Assembly (NCBI GenBank): GCA_963693365.1
Contig: CAVNZM010000001.1
Coordinates: 1,210,562-1,274,561, forward strand
Length of the DNA stretch: 64,000 nt
Direction: 5' to 3'
Source: Amoebidium appalachense
Taxonomy: Eukaryota; Protista; Ichthyosporea
Part shown: positions 10,550 through 24,823 of the stretch, piece after piece
Layout: the number at the start of each line of letters is the position of its first letter
Position numbering within the stretch: the stretch's first letter is position 1
Notes under the pieces: generated by a model
Seen by the model: only the letters and a program-made list of their open reading frames with translations
Database searches by the model: none
Told to the model about the DNA's origin: nothing
Program-made: the position numbers and the translations under genes

Positions 10550-13500
10550 GGGGGATGGGGGGATTCGGTTGGGAGTGGGTTCTTTATAGAACTGGCAACC
10601 ATTGACCAGCTATTCTCTCACCCTGTCTTTGTCTTCACTCTGCAGCTTATGGCAATAATGGCAACCGTTCCTTGGCTGAGTGTGGTATGGAGGTTGGGTC
10701 TTTCGACAGTGATGGCTCTGACGATGACGATGAGGGGTCAAGTGACAAGAGCCCCGGTCCATTCAACGTGTCAACATGTGTGCGCCTAGCAGGCCGCAAG
10801 CTTAACGCCCGGCGTGCGATGCGCAAGCTGATTGGGTCTGTGCACAGCTCCGAAGGGTTTGCTTTAGCAGCACAGGACCCGGATCATCTGCTCTTCACTC
10901 TAGTGTTCTTTGACGAGGCCGTGGCAGCAGACATACAGCTTGCCAGGTGCTTCCTGCCGAAACACCCCCCCCTCCCCCCTTCCCCTCCAACGCCCCCCGC
11001 TCCTCCCTCTCGCCTCTCCCCCCCCCTTTCCCTGCAGGGCCTCCTCCCCTTTCCCCCATCCCCCTTTCCCCTCCCCCCTCCCCCCCCCCGCCCCCTTTTC
11101 TGCATCCCCCTCCCCCTCTCCTCCTTCCCACAATTCTTCCTCCCAACTGCTCCACCTCCTTACTTCCTTGCACGTATCAATCCATCTCTCCTTCCAACCC
11201 AAGTGACACCAGTTTTTTGTCAGACAACCTGCCTCCCCAGGCCCACTTATTATGCCTGTCCTGTTCCCCTCCCCCCCCCCCTCCCCCCTCAGGAGGGCCT
11301 CTGCCCATTCGTCCCTCCTTTTCAAGTCCTCCATTACCTCTTACCTCCCCTAATTCTCATTATTCTCTAATAGTATACCTATATCTTCCATCCTACCTTT
11401 TTGGAAGCTCCCTGCTTCTCTTCCACCTATTTGAAAGCATCTGCATCTACCCCCCCCCCCCCCCCGTTCATAGCCCCTCCTTCATCAGTACTCCCTTACA
11501 CCTGCCCGGCCCCCTTCAGAGTGCCCAACCCCCTCCCCCCCACACACACACCCCTCCCCTTTCACACACATGCACACACGAACGCACCCATGCATGCACG
11601 CATGCACCCTCCCTCGCAGCCACGAGCGCGCACACTCCTATTCACTTATAGAATTGTTAATAATCTAATGCCCCCCCCCCCCCCCCCCCCAACCCCAACC
11701 CACCCACACACGCACACACACACACACGCCAAGGTTTCCCTTGTTCTGCTCCTCGGCCTTTCCGCCTTCCCCATAATCTGTCTTTCTCTCTCTTTCCCTC
11801 CCCCCCCCCCCCCCCCCCCCCCCCTGTTGGAAGTAGAGTCCGCTGTGACTAGGGTCGTCGTGGCGCGCTTGGGCGCTGACCCGTTTTTTACTGCTTTCAG
11901 TGTGTTAACTCCATGACTGAACTCCATGACTGAACTCCATGACTGAACTCCATGACTGAACTCCATTTCTGCACCTGGCAGAGCCGTGGCTTATATACCC
12001 GTGGGGCAGCAGTCTGGAATGTAATCCGGATGCCAGGCGCTAATCGGATTGGTTACTTTCATTTAGAGATCTCTGGGACCAGTGAACCAATCGTTTGCAG
12101 TCAAAACACAATTGGCAACATTCCTCAACTATGCAGATGTGCATGTGGTGATCGAGTGTCAGCGTGTGTCTGTGTACACGGAACCAATTGTAAAGCTAAC
12201 ATACACATATTGTGGAGTGAGCGTAAGTCTGCACTCCAACACCCCTACCCAATTGGAGAAGTGTACACACCACTAGAGAAGAGAGAGTGAGTGTGGCTGC
12301 TTGCAGGGTAGACCGGGGTGTGCATTCCACTGTGGTGCGTGCCCCGCCAATGAAGTGGAATACTTGACGTTCACATTGATGTCGCAGGCTGCTGCGGATG
12401 GAGTTTGTGGAAGCGAAAGTCTCTACTTCACGGAAATACGCTCGCGGGTGTAGGGTACAGCCTAGAAGTCGGTTTCTGGCTCCTCCGTTCAAGGCGTCGT
12501 AGGGGACGTGAAGTTAGAGGCCGCGGTGTCGTGTCTGGGCCCATAACCCTGTTGAAGTAGAGTCCGCTGTGACTAGGGTCGTCGTGGCGCGCTTGGGCGC
12601 TGACCCGTTTTTTACTGCTTTCAGTGTGTTAACTCCATGACTGAACTCCATGACTGAACTCCATGACTGAACTCCATGACTGAACTCCATTTCTGCACCT
12701 GGCAGAGCCGTGGCTTATATACCCGTGGGGCAGCAGTCTGGAATGTAATCCGGATGCCAGGCGCTAATCGGATTGGTTACTTTCATTTAGAGATCTCTGG
12801 GACCAGTGAACCAATCGTTTGCAGTCAAAACACAATTGGCAACATTCCTCAACTATGCAGATGTGCATGTGGTGATCGAGTGTCAGCGTGTGTCTGTGTA
12901 CACGGAACCAATTGTAAAGCTAACATACACATATTGTGGAGTGAGCGTAAGTCTGCACTCCAACACCCCCCCCCCCCCAATCCCACCCCACTGTCACCCA
13001 CCCCACCACCACTGCCCTACGTCACCCTCCCACTTCTTGTCTTTGCTTATTCTTCCTTGTGATGTGCAACACAGGGACATATCCGGGCCACCTGAGGTCC
13101 AGCAACAACGCCTTCTTCAAATTCTGGGTGCCTGGAGAATGGAGCTTATGGAAACACCCGCTGACGGCAACTGTTTGTTTCATTCGGTGTGGCATTATAT
13201 CAATCAGTATCTACAAAGCGGTCATGTAGCTACCCGTGAACACCTCAACACATTGGGGTTTACAGCTAATATGGAGCCTATAGAGGCGATTGGACGGCTA
13301 CGCGAACTAATGGTAAACGAATGGCGGCGAAATCTAGCAGAATACCAAGGATTCCTTTCAAGGGTGACCCTCGCATACGTAGCTGATGATTTCCGCTGTC
13401 CTCGGCGCGCCCATTTTGCTTCTGCAGCCGGTGACGCGATGGTGCTGGGCTTAGCCAACGCACTCCGCATACCAATAACCATTTTTAGCACGATTGCCAA

Positions 13501-15034
13501 TCACGGTGTAGTTGCGGTCACTCCACCCACCGTCATCGAACCCAACATTGCCATACCCGTATCACTTAACGGTGCAGCAGATCATTACTCAGTGGTAATA
13601 CCTCGCTTGTCGCATGCGAACAAAATCTCGGACAACAACCAAACACAGACATCACACTCAGTTGACACGGAAAACTCGACGGAGTTGGCGTCTAACGCTA
13701 ACACAACTGACACGTTCGGTGGGTTGCCCGCCAAGGGCTGCAGCTGTAATAGAAACAGTAAGGATAGAACACGTTTTTTTTGTGGTTTTAAGAACGGCAG
13801 GGGAAAAGTGCAGGCATACGATGGGCATGAGCGTTGCATATGCGCAAAGAACAAGCGGGCATGCACCCAGGCATGCAGGTGTGAGAATTGTGGCAACAGG
13901 TGAGCCGTATGATATGCATTTGCTACTTTTCTTCTTTTGCATCCTCTATTTGCCCACACTTGGTACTTTATAATCGAAACCTTAACTTGGCCAAATCCAG
14001 GTATTTCTGCTTGTCCCTCTCTTTATTCCCCCCCCCCCCCCCCCCCTTTCCCCCCCTCTCTCTCTCTCTCCCCCCTCCCCCCCCCCCCCCCCCCCCCGAG
14101 GGGAAAGAAAAGCCCCCTCTCCCAATCCCCTCCCCCTCCTGTATCCGTCGTTTCATGATGTCTAACCCCCCTCCCCCTCCCCCCACCTTCCCCACTGCTC
14201 ACCACCTGCACACCCGCACACCATACACAAACTTAAACACACACACGCATGCACGTGTGCACGCACACACACAGCCCCCCCCCCCCCCCCCCCCCCCCCA
14301 AACACACACACACACACACACACAATGCATCCGCGCATCATGGTCCATGCATACACGTGTGTGGATAGATGCACAGGTGCACGAATCCACGCACGCACGC
14401 ACCCACAGAGCACGTGTGCGCACGCACACACAAACACACATGTGTACACGTGCGCGCGCATTCACACGCACACACAAACGCACATACACATGCAGTCATG
14501 GACAGCGGCCAGAGCCAAACCGTCCAGGTCGTCCGTCTACCATGCAGCTGCATTTATCCGGCGAAGGGGGGAACCTTTCCCTGAGAAGTGGTGATGGGTC
14601 CAACACCACCCATACGGCCAACACAACAGCCACCAGGGGCAAGGCCACTGCCACGGTTCCAACGCAAAGGCGGCGCGCACGATTCACGCAAACACGAACC
14701 ACAGATCAGAATGGTTTGGAGTATTATGTGTCTGTGGGCGAGGAGGTACGTTCGGGTAGATGGTCGGATGCGGAGACCGCGTTGATTGAAAGTATTGTTA
14801 TTTCGCTTGCGGAACAAAAGTTGCCGGCAACAGAGGAGGACATATTTGCACATTACCATGCAGCATTGGAGGGCAACGAGGAGGGTGTGGGGCTGGATGC
14901 CATCCTTTCCAAAACATTGAAACAAATCAAGTCAAAAATAGAACACATTGAGAAGGAAAGACGTTTGCGTAGTCAGGTGGCCGCCGAGGTGAGGGAGGAA
15001 ATCGCGAGGGCTAAGGAAGCCGCTGCTAGGACAG
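7146..15034 (+). CDS. Multi-exon KDZ (Zisupton/Dileera-like) transposase fused to OTU-like cysteine protease, CXC/CRC-like and Myb/SANT-like domains; 3' end cut by a Copia LTR
   Basis: Transposase motifs: VFIWDP, CPxxxC..GW..R.V..Y.C, LSADHTFK, YIDNCC, LDPFHAVQR, RGTGQNEILH. Phase-consistent GT-AG exons: about 7146-7505, 7776-9471, 10646-10946, 13075-13899, 14496-15034. OTU: PADGNCLF...HYSV. CXC: CSC..C..C.C....CTQACRCENCGN. Myb-like: GRWSDAET...KTLKQIKSK. Start codon uncertain. Confidence 0.75.
11825..12965 (-). mobile_element. TRIM-like non-autonomous Copia-type LTR element
   Basis: Near-identical TG...CA direct repeats at 11825-12241 and 12550-12965, each with a 13-bp aactccatgactg array. 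The 308-bp interior has minus-strand PBS GGTTATGGGCCCAG (12548-12535) and PPT gggtagggg (12250-12242). Inserted in a C-run (ccccc on both flanks). Confidence 0.9.
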
Positions 15035-16119
15035 TGTTTAATTGTATAAGTATTTGGGATGTAAGCAGAGACACAGTGGTGCAGTGTGAAAACACCACAG
15101 ACACACACAACAACAAAACACGGAGCGATCGGAGAAGTGTACACAACAGACATCAATGTTTAGACACGACTGAACTCAATTTATTTTTGATCGCTAATAA
15201 ATACCTGAAATTCCCTTAAGTTAAATCCATACATGATTTCCGACCAGTCGGAAATCAGATCTATGTCTAAAATAACCAATCACAATTAACTGATTATTTC
15301 CCGGATAGATCCGGAGGCACAGGAACGCACACCATAGGTCACAGCTATAAGAAAGAAAAGAGGTGAAGAGTAACGAGGAAAGAGGTGATGTTTCTAACCT
15401 ATCATCGGCTACAAAGACTCAGACATTTTCTGACTAAGTCCACTGATTGGATATAGTACGGCAACACACAAAACAAAAGTGTTTGACTAAGCTATGAATC
15501 ATACCTGACAAGCTAAAGTGTAGCCTAAGTGTTTTTCTACCAATCAAAACATAACGAGTAATATAAATCTACTCAACGTATATTAGTGAGAGAGAAATAT
15601 AATTATGTGAAAGGAAACAAGAGAAGAAAGAAAGAGAAAAGAAAGAAGAAGAAAGAGGAAAAAGAAAAGAAAGCAGGACAGAAAACACGAACAGCAAAAC
15701 ACAGTTATAACCGAAGATATTCATGTACACATAACATGTACACGTTTCTCCCTTACTGGGTAGACTCGTGTACCTATAATCAGTTGCTGTAATCGATATC
15801 TAAACACACGAATATAGCCGACACAACACGATTACAAGTACTCAAATACACTGGAGATCGATCTCATAATTTACGTACAAGGAGCACATCTCTTTCACTA
15901 AGTGAATGAATGAAAACATAACACGAACTGAGAAGATCTTACAATATGTAAATACCACGTATTATAACATCCCCACTTAAGACTTTGAAGTTTGTGTTAT
16001 CATATCCCCACTGAACTAGTGAAATCTCCCCACTTGAGAACAGAAACGGAAAAAAAAAATTAAAGTTTGGACTTTTCCGGGGGGGGGGGGGGGGGGGGGG
16101 GGGGGGAGAGGGGGGGGGA

Positions 16120-16170
<51 letters not shown>

Positions 16171-16641
16171 AGGGGGGGGGGGGGGGGGGAGGGGGGGGGG
16201 GGGAACCGGGGCAAAAACAACAAATATATATAACGTGTATAGTCGGGGTTTGTTTAACTGGGCTTTAAACCAGTGAAAGATAGAGGAGAGTGATGGTACA
16301 GGTCAAACCTTATATATAAACCCTAAGTGGGCATACCCACAAAGGCAATACATATGAAATAATGATGATGATAAAGTAAGTAGTAAACATGAGAAAATTA
16401 CTCTTGAAGTAGGTCGGGTCAATCCACAATATCCGGTAAACAAAGTCGAGCACGATGGTGGACATGACTCGGGCCGGGGAGGGGTTTGGTGAGGATGTCA
16501 GCTAAGTTGTGGGCTGACTCAACGTAGTGGACAACCACATCCCCACTGGCAATGTAGTCCTTGGTGTTGTGATACCGGACGGCAATGTGTTTGGTACGGT
16601 GCTTGATGCCGGTGGAGTTGACGATGGCAATGGTCGACTGC
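15035..16641 (-). mobile_element. Copia 3' fragment: 3' LTR variant A (15035-15969), PPT, 3' UTR and RNase H C-terminus
   Basis: TG...CA LTR, adjacent tccccacttaag (PPT on the minus strand), and RTKHIAVRYH...NLADILTKPL at 16419-16641, nearly identical to 38369-38590. Confidence 0.92.
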
Positions 16642-18290
16642 ACATGTGCATATATTATGCTACAGGGGGGGTTCTATTCGAGCTACAACGTTGTGTTTTT
16701 TTTGTGTGACCCTCGTACTCTAGGGGCACATTCACCATCCCCCCCATAAACTGTGTGGTAAATGTCTCGTGCTAGAAGCTGTTCTGTGGGTAGTTATTGA
16801 AAAAACCAATAATGTCTAGGTAACACATGTACATATACTATGCTACAAGGGGGGTTCGATACGAGCTACAACGTTGTGGTTTTTTCATGTGCCCCTCGTA
16901 CTCCAGGGGCACATTCACCATCCCCCCCCATAAACGTTTTGGTATATTTCTCGTGCTAGAGGCTGTTCTGTGGGTAGTTATTGAAAAACCCAAAAATGTC
17001 TAGGTAACACATGGACATATACTATGCTACAAGGGGGGTTCTATACGAGCTACAACGTTGTGTTTTTTTCGTGTGACCCTCGTACTCCAAGGGCACATTC
17101 ACCATCCCTCCCATAAACTGTGTGGTAAATGTCTCGTGCTAGAAGTTGTTCTGTGGGTAGTTATCGAAAAAACCAATAATGTGTAAGTAACACATGTACA
17201 TATACTATGCTACAAGGGGGGTTCTATACGAGCTACAACGTTGTGTTTTTTTCGTGTGACCCTCGTACTCCAGGGGCACATTCACCATCCCCCCCATAAA
17301 CGTTGTGGTGAATGTCTCGTGCTAGAAGCTGCTCTGTTGGTAGTTATTGAAAAAACCAATAATGTGTAAGTAACACACGTACACATATTATGCTACAAGG
17401 GGGGTTCTATTCGAGCTACAACGTTGTGTTTTTTTCGTGTGACCCTCGTACTCCAGGGGCACATTCACCATCCCCCCCATAAACTCTGTGGTAAATGTCT
17501 CGTGCTAGAAGCTGTTCTGTGGGTAGTTATCGAAAAAACCAATAATGCCTCAGTAACACATGTACATATACTATGCTACAAGGGGGGTTCTATTCGAGCT
17601 ACAACGTTGTGTTTTTTTCGTGTGACCCTCGTACTCCAGGGGCACATTCACCATCCCCCCCATAAACTGTGTGATAAATGTCTCGTGCTAGAAGCTGTTC
17701 TGTGGGTAGTTATTGAAAAACCCAAAAATGTCTAGGTAACACATGTACATATATTATGCTACAAGGGGGGTTCTATTCGAGCTACAACGTTGTGTTTTTT
17801 TCGTGTGACCCTCGTACTCCAGGGGCACATTCACTATCCCCCCCATAAACTTTGCGGTAAATGTCTCGTGCTAGAAGCTGTTCTGTTGGTAGTTATTGAA
17901 AAAACCAATAATGTGTAAGTAACACATGTACATATACTATGCTACAAGGGGGGTTCTATTCGAGCTACAAACTTGTGTTGTTTTGGTGTGGCCCTCGTAC
18001 TCCAGGGGCACATTCACCATCCCCCCCATAATCTTTGTGGTAAAGTTCTCGGGCGAGAGGCTGTTCTGTGGGTAGTTATTGAAAAAACCAAAAATGCCTA
18101 GGTTGAACACATGGACATATACTATGCTACAAGCGGGGTTCTATACGAGCTACAACGTTGTGTTTTTTTCGTGTGACCCTCGTACTCCAAGGGCACATTC
18201 ACCATCTCCCCTTATAATTTGTGGTGAATTTATCGTGCTAGAAGCTACTCTGTGGGTAGTTAGTGAAAAAACCCGATGGTTATAAGTAAC
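16642..18290. repeat. Tandem satellite, about 183-bp unit, about 9 copies; further partial units at about 19025-19270
   Basis: ctacaagggggg-type motif recurs at about 16660, 16843, 17027, 17210, 17393, 17576, 17759, 17942 and 18127. The array end plus flank (about 18170-18610) is duplicated at about 19170-19620. Confidence 0.92.
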
Positions 18291-18525
18291 GCATGCACAA
18301 ATTGTCACCATAGCATTATACTACCATAGTAGTTGGTCGACAATAACGATATATTGGGAACGTGGACACCATATTGTAAACCAAAAAATAATAACACCAT
18401 AATATACTACACATACCTAACAATGTATTGTGAATGAATAAAATACTTGCTTACGTGCTGGTAAAATACGAGAAACAAGGATTCTCTCGCTCTTTTTTTC
18501 TTTCTTTTTTGTTTGTTTTTGTGTT

Positions 18526-18587
<62 letters not shown>

Positions 18588-19513
18588 GGGGGGGGGGGGG
18601 GGGGGGGTATACCCCCATACGATCATTATAGTGATCTCATTATATGCCCCATACGACCACCATAAGGATCGCTAGTTATACCCCCATACGATCATCATAG
18701 TGATCTCATTCTATGCCTCATACGATCATCATAATGATCACATACCAATATCCATACGGTCATCATAGTGATCACAAGGAGATTATCTAACGGGCGCAAC
18801 TGACATGTGAATTCGTTTTTGCACGCCTCATGGAAAGCGGATGAGGCTCATCAGGTGGCCGCGTCTTAGGTATGTACAAATTCAAGTCTACTTTCCCTAT
18901 GCACATTAAGAATATAATAATAAATTTTTTAACACTACTTACCTAGGCGAGGGTTGTCAATTAAGAATAGCACAGTGACCAAGCAAAGCAAAATACATGC
19001 AAAAACCATATTTGCAACGCCTCTAAACTTTGCGGTAAATGTCTCGTGCTAGAAGCTGTTCTGTGGGTAGTTATTGAAAAAACCAATAATGTGTAAGTAA
19101 CACATGTACATATACTATGCTACAAGGGGGGTTCTATTCGAGCTACAACGTTGTGTTTTTTTCGTGTGGCCCTCGTACTCCAAGGGCACATTCACCATCT
19201 CCCCTTATAATTTGTGGTGAATTTATCGTGCTAGAAGCTACTCTGTGGGTAGTTAGTGAAAAAACCCGATGCTTATAAGTAACGCATGCACAAATTGTCA
19301 TCATAGCATTACACTACCATAGTAGTTGGTCGACAATAACGATATATTGGGAATGTGGACACCATATTGTAAACCAAAAAATAATAACACCATAATATAC
19401 TACACATACCTAACAATGTATTGTGAATGAATAAAATACTTGCTTACGTGCTGGTAACATACGAGAAACAAGGATTCTCTCGCTCTTTTTTTTCTTTCTT
19501 TTTTGTTTGTTTT

Positions 19514-19568
<55 letters not shown>

Positions 19569-19929
19569 CGTGTGTGTGTGTGTGTGTGTTTAGGGGGGGG
19601 GGGGGGGGGGGGGGGTCGTTTTGCAGATATATCGACTAGAGTCCCTCATCAGGGGACACATTCACAGTACTTTATTAAGATCGGCCTTCAAGGCCAAAAA
19701 AGCTCGATCTCGAGTAAGATTAGATAGCATTTTATGAGGCCGGCCAGGCCTTAAATACAAAAAGGAGAAAAAACAACACACAGCTAAACATAGATCTAAT
19801 ATTAGCTAAATCAATCGACACACTGGTACATTGCCTGGAGTAAACAGCGTCTATCCCACTGGTACATGTACTGTCATCATCCAACCAACACCCGTGTAGT
19901 ACCTTTGTCAAGCGTTCCTACGATACTAC

Positions 19930-22740
<2,811 letters not shown>

Positions 22741-22979
22741 ATTACTTTCCTGTATTATCCTTTATGCTACTTCAAGTTTTATACCCTACCGCTTACACAG
22801 GATGTAGGCTGGTGAAAGGTTTAATGGTAGGACGTTCGGTGACGTTTGTACCACGGACCACGGGAACATCTTCCCCAGGAACAGTATTCAAAACAAAGAA
22901 CTTTTATATTTTGAGGTGCTAAAAACGTGAGGACCACTTGTTATGGCCGTTGCCCTTCTCAATCTTGGTACGGAAATGC

Positions 22980-24132
22980 ACCCATATTATACTGCAAATG
23001 TATTGTATATGACGTGTGTATATCGTACAGGTACTGGTAGTATATTGATAGTACCTCCTACGTAATGATTTGTTCGCATTCGAACATACTGGCAGTATAT
23101 ACTGAGACTATAACCAATATATGGTGTCCTTAGCTGTGTCCGTATTGGTGACAGTATTATAGATGTATTCGTGACATTGCCAATACCACTTGTGCCTTAG
23201 ATATTCGCAATAGGATAAAAGTTTTCTTGCTATATCATGTTTATGTCCTACTAATATGGATGTGATATGGGTAGGATATGATCTACATAATGTCAGTATA
23301 TGTCCACCCTAATACCACGGTATTAGCAATGTACTGCGCATACAAGGACTACACTCCGAACATGTTTGTTGAACATGTGTTGGCAATACATTCACAATAT
23401 TGCAACTACATAGGTAAAGTGACCTGTTCTTTCATCCCCAATATTGTACCAATATATTGGCAATAAAATACACGCCCCATATTTTCGGTTGCTTTTACCT
23501 ATTGATAATAGGTGCATAATAGTCTTGATATTGTGACGGATACATTGGCAATACATTTGAACCGTATTGAGACCCTATTATAAGCATATCACAACCCTAT
23601 AACCAATAGCGACGTTATGTTTGTATCGGCCATATGGGACATATGTGTTGGGTATATTGCCAATAACCCAAAATGGTCAGGAATAATACATTCATAATAT
23701 ATTGGCAATAGTCTTGCCACGTTGGACAATACCATAATTTGACACAAAATTATCCTACATTTTATATATTCATAACTTATTGACAATACTCCGCAAGCAA
23801 TAGTATAATACCGAATAAATACATTGACAATATCGAAATTGTATTGTTAATAGGCACACGTACACGCGTTTTGAGATATTGCCAGTACATTACTCATACG
23901 GTATATAGTTATTGGTGGTAGACCCGGCATGGTATGACAATAATATCAAAATATGTTGCCGATATTACGTCAATATTACAGTTCTATTACACTTCTATAG
24001 CGTCTCTACCACAGAAAATCTCTACTCGCAATACATTGGCAATGGATAATTGATATTACTTCAGTATTAATCTGGTATTTTTACGATATTGGCAATAGAT
24101 AATAGCCTCACAATATTGCCAATACCGCCGGG
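22980..24132. repeat. Degenerate short-motif array (attgccaata / tattggcaat in both orientations), possibly the subterminal region of a non-autonomous DNA transposon
   Basis: Many decayed copies of one roughly 10-bp motif. Ends sharply in ccgccggg where the Gypsy gag begins. No partner TIR found. Confidence 0.45.
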
Positions 24133-24158
24133 AAGTTTGCTGATGGGGTCTCAAGAAC

Positions 24159-24578
24159 ATGCCCGAGGTTGTGCTTCATCATTACCAACGTACCCTCAAC
24201 GACTACCCGGACCTTTGTTCGGAGGCCCGGGCTGCAACCACCCTCAAGCAAGCCATGGCCCGTGTCATCCGACGGTATGAGGCTGATGTGGGTGCTCACA
24301 ATTTAAAATGTAACCGTAATGTGGGTGCTGTAGATGAGATGGGTGGTGGTAGTGGGGGGCATGGTGGTGGTGGTGGTGGTCACGGGGGTGGCCACGGAGG
24401 TAGTGGGGGTAATGTTGGTGGTAAGGGTAAATCTAATGGGGGGGGCAAATGGGCTAAGGACAATAAGAAAGACAAGAGGGGGCCCAATTGTTGGGCATGC
24501 AAGCAGCCGGGGCATCGTTTTAAAGATTGCCCCACCCGAGCTGCCAAGAAGAACAAGGGCAAGCAAAGTGAAAAATAG
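24159..24578 (+). pseudogene. Gypsy gag C-terminus with CCHC zinc knuckle
   Basis: CWACKQPGHRFKDC after a Gly-rich stretch. The 5' part is missing. Confidence 0.85.
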
Positions 24579-24823
24579 GTAATTGCCGGTGCTAGATGCA
24601 CGGATACGGCATGTATTGCACATTGTGACCCAGTGGGTCACGAAAAAGTAATTAAAAATGTGCCTATACCAAGTGCTTCTGCCCCGGCTTCTTCCGATAT
24701 TCCCCCCTCCGAGCCCCTTTCCCCCGACCCCCGTCCCCCCACCACCCCCCCACACCCATCCCCCCCCACAAAGAAACTTCGAACACTCGATAGAATAAGA
24801 AAAGTGTTCGATATAAGTGCCAT

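Noticed and set aside
9776-11966. Many 70-230 aa ORFs (CV-, HT-, P-, G-rich)
   Set aside because: Translations of (GT)n and poly-C/G intron sequence. Only 10646-10946 behaves as an exon.
11952-13062. Duplicated 112/128-aa ORFs and the N-terminus of ORF 12806
   Set aside because: They lie within the TRIM LTRs. The real OTU exon starts at 13075.
15586-15792. Lys-rich 68-aa ORF repeated three times (also 54675 and 61358)
   Set aside because: Purine-rich tract inside LTR variant A. The recurrence reflects LTR copies.
16642-18290. Regular repeat as a CRISPR array or repeat-protein gene (ORF 17424-17735)
   Set aside because: The whole unit repeats with no unique spacers, and most units contain stops.
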